Source: Lytechinus pictus
Taxonomy: Eukaryota
Length of the DNA: 64,000 nt
NCBI RefSeq assembly: GCF_037042905.1
Contig: NC_087251.1
Span: 7,504,001 to 7,568,000, forward strand
Reading direction: 5' to 3'
How positions within the stretch are numbered: the stretch's first letter is position 1; every line of letters begins with the position of its first letter. Both the position numbers and the translations under genes were made by a program. Shown here one piece after another: positions 54,879 through 64,000 of the stretch. The notes beneath the pieces are model-generated. The model saw only the letters and a program-made list of their open reading frames with translations, made no database searches and had not been told where the DNA came from.

Positions 54879-57800
54879 CCTTTATACATCATAAAGCACA
54901 ACCTTCCTGCTAAAGAAATGACGATTCTAGAAAGGGGGCGGACTTGCCCCTCGCCCCGCGCTCTCCCCTATTCTGTTCTCCCTCCCCGAAAGCGAGAAAA
55001 ATCGGGAGGCATTCGGGATCATTCGTGGAGGGATCTGGCTCGTTTTGAATTGTTCAAAACCACCATCCAAACATGATCATCCGTTGAATGCTATGGTCAC
55101 AAATAACTCAACGGGCTAACGATCGCCGTATATACGAACGATTTTTACACATAGCAATGAATAAATCATTCGTTCTTTCGTTCGTATTTGTAACTGTATA
55201 GCTTTTTTTTTTAGTTGCTATTTTTTTAATTTATTCGCTTTTGATTATTGTTCTTTTTCAGTGTCACACGATATTTTAATTTGTGCATGATTATTGGGGG
55301 GGGGGGGGGTGTTATAAAAATCATAAAAATGAATAAAAAACTCAAAAAAGTGCAAGCCCCAAACTACTTTTTTCGTGATAATTCAGACCCGAAAAGGGAA
55401 AAATTTCAATCCTTTTTTTAAATCATGGACATGATTGTTTTTTTTCTTGTTCAATTTTTTTGGGGAAAATTCGCTAAATTCAGTAGTCTAAAATGAAACA
55501 TCGAACAGTTTGTAATAAGAGATGTAATGATTGGTTGAGTGTAATTATTGTGCAAATCCCAACAAATATTTCATCAAAATGGAATAAAAACGAAAATGAT
55601 CTCTGGTCAAACCATGGGGAGGGGATCCAAGTACGATGGGACATAATGTTTCCATATCAAAAGCCTTATTAGCCGAATATTTTGGAAGGGATGGGAAGGG
55701 GTGTCAAGAATAATTATGTAAAGTATTTGAAAAACATAATAGGAAACAAGGAAACTAAGCAACTGAGTGTAACGCAACTGTGTTTTCATCTAAAAAAATA
55801 AATGAGGGAAAATGAGGCGATTACGGTGTTACTCTTCATAACCCCTTTATATTCCAATTCGGAAATGACGTCACAATTAGTCCATACCCCCTATCAGAAT
55901 ACCACCACATCGCCCCTGTCAATACATGGTTTCAAATATTCTACGTATAAGATCAACACAGTCCGAACAATATTGGGTCGAGTTCGTATAGGCCTATATC
56001 CTTTTGGCAGAATGGATGTAAGTAAAATAAACTTCGCTCATAAAAGCCCAAGTAGTAAGGGCTATATATTTTGACAGAAAAGGGAAAAAAGGCCTATGCC
56101 CTAAATGATAGTGATGTGCAATATCTTAGGTCTATATGTGGCATATTATAAGGTAAAGCTCAGGTAGATCCGTACTATATAAAAAAAAAAAATATATATA
56201 TACACCTGTATACCAAAATCCTATTAAACACACCAAGAATGTTTGGACAAAAATAATGAAAAGAGAGTAAAAGGATAAAGAGTAATTTATCGCGGGTGGA
56301 TGAACTGGATGGAGATCGCAGACAGCACGGAGGTAAAGGCTTGCAGAGTTGCAGAGCATATCATTATGATTATATTCAACATGTGAAGAGGAAGAGAGTA
56401 AAGCCTTCCATCTTTTGCACGAGATAATGATGCCGAACGAAGCGGGCGTATATATTGACGAGCTGCAATATCTTGGTACACTCGGTATATTCTCGGCTTG
56501 GATTGCCTGTCGCTTCATTCTCTATAGCATAGACGATGTGTGTTTTTAGGTATGGCCGTGAAAAGTACGGAATTCGCTGTACATGGTCGGAAAGGGAGTG
56601 GATTTAAATCCATGTACAAGGCACAATGATTTGTCATAATGCATTGGAAGCACAAGTGGACCCTGAACGGACCGGGATTATGTTTTTAATTGTGTTTTAG
56701 TGCCTGATAACGGGTTGATTTGTGGTTCAATCCCGGCTAGTCGACCAGCTGTCATATTGTACCAGTTCATCGGCTCGTATTCACGTTCATAGTTTTGTAC
56801 ACACAGTGCATATGGAGAAACGGGATGACCGCCCGTGCATAAACGCTTACGCTTTCTACGTACGATAGTAACGTAGCGCCAGCGAGTCTTCTTTCGCGTT
56901 ATATATATATTTTTTTTGCCTTGGAGGTAAAAGTATCCAAACATATCTTTTTGGGGAAGTCTACACTCAAAGAATTAATACATGGAATATATTATGCATA
57001 TATAGTTATGAATATATAAGGACAATATATTCTGATTATATTCATATTACATGAAGACATGTTTTTGTAAGGAGACACGTACAACTCTTTTTGCGCTTCC
57101 ACGGAATGACAGCGGTATATTAGTGAGGATTTATATCAAGTGTGAAGAGGTTTCAGAGGAGAAATATGTCGAACCTCACGTAGTCTGTGATAACGCAACA
57201 TAGTTGGAAACATATATATTTCATCCCCGCCACAGTGGCACTCTTGCAGTTTAAGTTTGTATGCAAGAGTGTAAAGCGTCTGTTGACGTAGTGACAATCC
57301 GGGGGTTGAATAGCTACGGCCGTGTGGACTCGGGGAGCACAGAAAGGGGACAGGTGTAAATTATGCAGAAAATGGCACACTGGCGGCGGGTAAACGGTGC
57401 TGGTGGTGATGAGGAATGCGCACATCCCAATCTCATCGTGTATCGAAAGGTAATTCACGTAAGATCTAACACTGGTATGATTTAGGTGCATGTCGATCGT
57501 TGGAAATGATTGAAGTCGAAATTAAACTGCAACCAAAGGATATGGTAGCATTTGTTTATATTGCTACATTCTGGTTAAAACATTTTTCTTGGATTCATCT
57601 AATCCATGAAAAATCAACTTTAAAATAATGTGTTTCAAAATTTGAATATCATCTGTACATGATTCTGCAAATAGTTTCAGCAAATGGTTTCCTTTTATAA
57701 CTTGTAGGCCTACTCTGATTTAAAAATCTATCAAAGTGTAATGGATAGCATAAATTATCAGCATTGTAAAGGACCCTGACTGGACCCAAAAATGAATCGC

Positions 57801-59532
57801 CAATTAAATGCTTATAAACTACATAATACAACATTTCAAATTTGACACATTTTCACCTCATGTTAGCTGTTGCTTTGCTAGAAAGCTCCAATTATCAGGC
57901 TTCAAAAATATGCTTTTATTGGCCTAAAGTTTGTGACGTCATTCTCTGTCAGAAGCGTTGTGATTCCATAGGAATTTATACACAGAAATAGTAGTTATTT
58001 TTTTATATTTTCTAATTAAGCATTAATGTTTTTTTCTCTTCACATATAAATAGCATTGTCTGCCTTGTTTTATTTCCCACTTATTTAGCATAGCTTTTCA
58101 TTTCTATCTCCATATTCAGATTATATGTAACGGCTTTCCATGACAGCAATAATAATTAGGCCAAATAAGAGCCAGACAAAGATATCACTAAAAACAACAA
58201 CCCCCAAAAAAGTTGACAACTGTAGGTTTCTCTGCAAAATGTAAAAAAAAAACTTGAATTCATATTCTGGAAATCAAGAAAGCTTTCATTCTTTTCTGTG
58301 TAAAAACATGTGTAATCACATCCCTCCTGACATAGTATGACACATAATTCAGGCCCGTAAAAAGCACTATTTACAATTTAGCCCATTTTCAAAACCCGTG
58401 AATTTTAGTTTTTCTTAAGCAAAATATTTGGCTGGCAAGTGGTTCATATGCATGAAACTTACATTGTTGTAATTTGTAGCTTATATTTTTTATTTGTCAA
58501 TTTTAATTTTAGCTCTGGTCTGGGTCTTTAAAACCCTAAAACGGTGATGAAAAATTCAAAATGTGACAATTAAAATGGAACAAAATATGTCCAAATAGAA
58601 TTGAATATTAAGGTGTATTTTCCCACGGAGTGCATGGTCTTAGCTGGGTTTTTTTCTTAAACAAACTTTCTTTTCATGTTTTGCTATTAGGTGATGGGTT
58701 ATCCTTTGAGATGCAAAATAAAAGATTATTTGATAAATAGTATTTTCTCTAAAGTTGGATACTCCAGGAATCTACATCTTATCCATATAATAAAGCAATA
58801 GAAGGCATGGGGATGTAAAAAAAAGTTAATCACTATACTTTTTAGAGAACACTTTAACAATGGTTTTTGTTACTACCTTTCTTTATTTGATTAAAGTGTC
58901 AGAATACATATCAACATCTGTTCAGAATTTTTACCAATATTGAATACTTTCTGAAAAAATATGATAGTATCATGCAGTATCGTAGAGACATGGTAGGAAG
59001 TACATGAAGGCAACGGTTGATTTCTTCTTCATGACAGCCCAAATCGCCCCTAAAACCCCCCAAAACGCATGATTTGGGGCAACCATTCTATTTAGAGTCG
59101 ACCCAAGATCTATCATAAATAATATTTAAGATTGTTTAGAAAATCAATACTCTAACTATGACAGAATAATGATAATTGCTCGTAGCCTCTCTAAAGTAGC
59201 CCTTGAAATGAAAGGCAAAGCATCCCAAATACTGCAATCGCCCCAGTGTGGAAAAAAATAGCCCCTCAAAAAATAGAAGTTATTTTCTACCCTCCATAGA
59301 GATAAATGTAAAATATTTCAAGACTGTATATCAATGGTTTGACTATAGTCTGGACTGCAAATTTCTGCAATATGCACAACATTCTATACCAGCACAATGC
59401 ATTGATCAGGAACTGCACTATTTGACCAGGTGAAAACGTGCTGGCGTTGACAAAATATGATTGTAATTTCTTAAATAGTTTTAATATTGTACAGGTATCA
59501 TGCAATTACTAAAGAAGAATAGAGAAGGATGT

Positions 59533-59829
59533 GGGGGCCTGGTGGTCTAGTGGTTACGACTCTCGTCTTTCAATCTGAGGGACATGGGTTTGATTCCCAA
59601 CCATGGCGTGCTTTCCTTCAGCAAGAAATTTACTCACATTGTGCTGCACTCAACCCCGGTGAGGTGAATGGGTACCCGCTAGGAAGAAATTCCTCGAATA
59701 CTTGAGCACCTGTGTGGCAGCTCGGCTATAGCCGGGGTAATGATAATCGTGATACCAATTGTTAAGCGCAGTAGAGTATATTAATATTTTTAGCTGCGCT
59801 ATTTGAATGGTTCACATTATTATTATTAT
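59533..59829 (+). mobile_element. Full-length tRNA-derived SINE
   Basis: A box TGGTCTAGTGG, degenerate B box GGTTTGATTCC, central core shared with 27779-28465, (ATT)n tail. Confidence 0.88.
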
Positions 59830-60139
59830 ACCTATCACACTTTTGAAAATGAAGATAAACTCAAAAACATTAAAAACATTATGCTTTTTAAAAGAAACAT
59901 ACTGAAAATCATTAAAAATCTGAATGATATATCTCATAGGGCATTGATATTTGAATTCCTACAATTGTTTATTGTAGAGAGGTTTGAAATTGGCCTTATT
60001 TTGCCAATAATGTTTTTCTATACTGTAATTACCGTGGAGAATATACCAGAATGTTTTACTGAGAGCAGTATCAACCAAGTTATTGATGCAGCACTTAGTA
60101 GAATAATTTAGGATTAACCATAGAAAAAATATTAGTGTG

Positions 60140-60790
60140 AGTAGGAGTAGTAGTATTAGTATTTTGGAAGGCCTAGCAGTCGTAGTAGTAGTAGTAGGAG
60201 TAGTACTAGTAAGAGTGGTGGTGGTAGTAGTAGTACTAATAGTAGTAGTAGTAGTAGTAGTAGTAGCAGTAGTCGTAGTAGGAGTAGTAGTAGTAGAAGT
60301 AGTAATAGTAGTAAGAGTGGTGTGGTAGTAGTCGTAGTAGTAGTAGTAGTAGTAGTAGTAGAAGTAAGAGTGGTAGTGGTAGTAGTGGTAGTAAAAGTGT
60401 TTGCAGAACAGGGCCATGGGAACATTTTTTTGACTGGGGGTGCTGATGTCAATCTGACAAGCCAAAACAAAAATTCACCCCAAAATGAAAGTTATTTTCG
60501 TTGTGAGAAAATTTGACAAGCCAAAAAAAAAGAAGAAGAAGATTTCACCATAACCTGAAGGTCATTTTTGTCCTGAGCAAGTTTACAAGCAAAAAAAAAG
60601 GCTTTCTAAAAAAACTGTTGGTCATTTTTGTTACATTTCTCAATTTTTCCACACCTTCCAGAATTTATGGGGGTGCTGCCTCTGGAAAATAATACACCCA
60701 AGGGAAAATCTTGGGGATGCTTCAGGTAGTAGTACAGTAGTAGCAGTAGGAGGAATAGTAATGGTAGTAGTAGTAGTTGTTGTAGTAGTT
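60140..60790. repeat. (GTA)n microsatellite split by a hAT-like fragment (about 60409-60724)
   Basis: GTA arrays at 60140-60393 and 60725-60790; the insert starts CAGGGCCATGGG. Confidence 0.8.
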
Positions 60791-63700
60791 CTGTTGTTAT
60801 TACTTTTTTTTTTTAATGTTGTAGGTGGTAGTGGTCATTGCAATATAGCGGCGCTCGTGTTGATGTTTCTTAAATATACTTTATTATCATGATTATCTAA
60901 TTTATATTCTAGATAGTATTTTCAAAAGAATACATTCTCAGGCAAAGGAAACAGGCTACAATTTAGATCATTTGAGACTAATATTCACCCCAGTTCTCAT
61001 ATGGCCTTCTACCCAAATAACATGCAAATAAAAAACCCTTGTACTAGCTTGGTATTTCAGTATTTGCCACCAATAAGATTCATGGGGTTCATAAAAGCAG
61101 CTTTATAATGGCTACGGTGCTTAAATTTAAACCTTGGCTTAGGGCTTTACCAGGATTGACAATTTCCAAGGAAATTTAGGTATTTCTCTGCAATTCCAAA
61201 TACTTTGCATTTTCCTGAAAAATTATCAACGCAGTACATATTTACCAGTATTCACCGCCAGTATTTCTCACTCGGCCAGCCCTGGGCTTTACAACTATGT
61301 AAGCACGTTATGGTACTGAAAACAGTAAACATATTTGCCTTGGAATTTAGTAATGAGTGTCAACTGAGAAGAGATGAGTTGTTATTGTTGAAAAGCATCT
61401 GATCAACCATGTTTATTCGCTAGTCAGCTGTACTTCCCAAGATCATTACCCTAACAAGGATTACAATCTTTCACCTGTTTGTCATCTCAGGTTCCTGCTT
61501 ACTCTGTGTTAATTGCTGTCATAAGTACGATGAGTCATGTCAATATTAACCTTCAATTGTTTTAAGGAATTAAGCATTACCTTGTGAACTTTTGTCAATT
61601 GTTGTTTGTAACGTTCCAAGCTTGATGACTCTTCTTTAGTTGACAATTCTCAACAAATTTTTTTTCTCAGTATAATGATGAAATTGAATGAATGGTCTCT
61701 GTATAATTTATAAAATCTAAAACCTCATACCTATTTATGGTATTCAATATTACCAACAATAATGACCCATATTCTGGACTCTGGCTAATGTAAACTTTAG
61801 TTTACATGTGTTGGTTTAACTATGGAGAACCAGATGTGACACATTACAGGCTCTACTTATCGGTTCATTTTACAATCAAATCATTAGTAACTGTGTGGGA
61901 ATAATAACATCAAAGTATTAGGAAACAATATATAGTAAACAGAATTTTGACATTGTTTCTTCCAACAATTTTAGTTAAATAAATTTAAGTTCATGGAATT
62001 CAGAATACGGGCCAACAAATTTTACATCATTGAATATCTCCAATATTGTGACAAAATCTTCAGTATATTTAGCATAACAAAAAGTAACCAACCGGTTTAA
62101 GTCAATTATACATGCTTTACAAACGTAAATAGTCAGATGTTTTCACTATTCTTAAATTTACAAAACTTAATAATCATTTGGGTTTTTTCAGTATAATTAC
62201 TAAATATCATAAACACTTTCATTATCAGTTCAAACATGTTGGTAAACCTTTATATCATATGGTGATTTTCAACATCAGTCACCTGATGTAGTCAATTGTT
62301 TTATAACCACCAGTTGTCTTCATCAATAAACAAGTAAACCTTTATAACAATCATATTTCTTTGATATCAATATCAGTAAGATACCTTGTAGAAAGTCTTT
62401 GCCACATCTTTTAGCAAGAATCCTGTTATAAAGGCATTATGTGTCTTCCTAGCATCTTTTCTGCATTCCCCATTGTTTTGTATATGATGAAGTATGCGAA
62501 CTGGTAAGGAGTGGCCACATGTGTGTTTCCTGCATAAAAGATGCAGTTCTAAGGTACCTAACATAGTAAACCTTTGTAACCACCTGATTTCTTCAACTTC
62601 AATAACCCAACTTTTTTTCAAAATCAACTTCAGTAACTCTAGTGAACCCTAATCCATGTCTTTAACATCGGTTACCCAGTAAGCCTTCACAACCATCATT
62701 TGTTTTCCACACAAAAAAGTAAACATATAAACCATCAGTTGTCTTCAAAATCTATCACTTGGTTAACCTATATCAGTTGTCTTTAGCACCAATCACCAAG
62801 TAACCTTCATAACCAATACCAAGATCAGTAGTAGTAACTTAATAAACTGTCATACTCATTATACAGCATCACTTTCCTAGTTAAGCTTTATCTACTATCA
62901 GTAACTCATTGTACCTACATTGTCATGCAGCAAGAATCACACTCTAAACCTGCATAATGCTTCAAATATCTACAAACAATCAATATGTCTCTAGCTAGTA
63001 TGACTAACTTTTTAAATCCCCATAGCCTTTAGTTGCGTTCAGCATCACTAAACTAGGTAGTTAAAATTTACAACCGCAAGTTATTATTATTATTATTATT
63101 TATTATTATCTTATTTGGCAGAATATCAAACAAGTCAAATACAATGATACAAATTAATTGTTACAATAACACAACAATAATACAGTAACACAAAACTAAT
63201 TAAACACTGGATTCACCTTGATGACCAGGCAAATCTATACAACTACTAATTCACTTTAACATCTCCATCTCTACATGATAAATATTATCCCAATCATACC
63301 ATGAACTCATATGCCAATATTTTGCACTTATCGCAAAACTATTGATGGTAAGTTTTGATGGCCTCAAATGCTAACACTATATATTTAACTCCTTTATAAC
63401 ATATTAGAGAAAAATCCTTATTTTTAATGGTTGTTGTTATTTGTTTTGTTTGTTTCTTTTGCTTGATTTATTCTCCTTTTCAAGGGGGGGGGGTGTCAAG
63501 AAAACTATTCCATTTTTTAAAGTCAACTACTGAAGTTTTGAATAGCAGAAAATGAATTTAAATCATGTAATATTTTAATTAAAGAGACATGTCCTTCATT
63601 TCATTTCATAAACTACAGATCTGTAAACTAGTCAAGCTACACTCAAGGTCTATGACCTCAAGTGATGCCCAATCTTCCCCTATAAACCCATAATTTCAAT

Positions 63701-64000
63701 CTAATTTTGGGGGAGTTCCAAAATATTTTGGAAGAATTGGTCACATATATTGCTTAAAATAAATAAATGAAAATGCCCTTGGTGAGGAAAATGTATATTA
63801 GAGGATATTGTCTAGACAAAGAGCTAGGATGTCTACATGTCATGGGTGACTGCTATTCTACATGATCATAATCTTGTCAATATTGAATTAAATTGAAATA
63901 CATGTAACTCTTGTAACTATTATCAAGGTGATGCAAAAAATCAAGTGGGACTTTATGGAATATAAATTTTCAGAATAACTGGATTATTAGATGAATCCTT

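Larger units (their letters stand above)
52594..54968. mobile_element. TA-TSD DNA transposon carrying nested elements
   Basis: TA|GGGGAGAGCG...CGCTCTCCCC|TA; interrupts an older Harbinger-like copy. Confidence 0.8.

Noticed and set aside
59959..60516. Poly-T, poly-V and poly-L ORFs
   Set aside because: Translations of the (GTA)n microsatellite.

Overview
AT-rich, intron-containing animal genomic DNA. The repeat landscape suggests a marine invertebrate, probably a sea urchin or other echinoderm (inference). Two spliced + strand genes were rebuilt by hand. (1) The last six coding exons of cytosolic malate dehydrogenase MDH1 (1390-9173). (2) An apparently complete UDP-glucose pyrophosphorylase UGP2 (13447-42868, about 510 aa) with several candidate alternative 5' exons and a GT-AG U12-type minor intron. 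Top finding: the MDH1 stop (TGA-C) is followed in frame by 13 codons ending Ser-Arg-Leu-stop. This is a hidden PTS1 and predicts a peroxisomal readthrough isoform in an invertebrate, without the vertebrate TGA-CTAG motif. The MDH1-UGP2 order matches human 2p15. The rest is dense with non-autonomous DNA transposons (hAT-like with 8/6/5-bp TSDs, TTAA Kolobok-like, TA-TSD, Harbinger-like, Helentron-like), including a four-level nest, plus tRNA-derived SINEs and microsatellites. Almost all ORFs in the supplied track are spurious.
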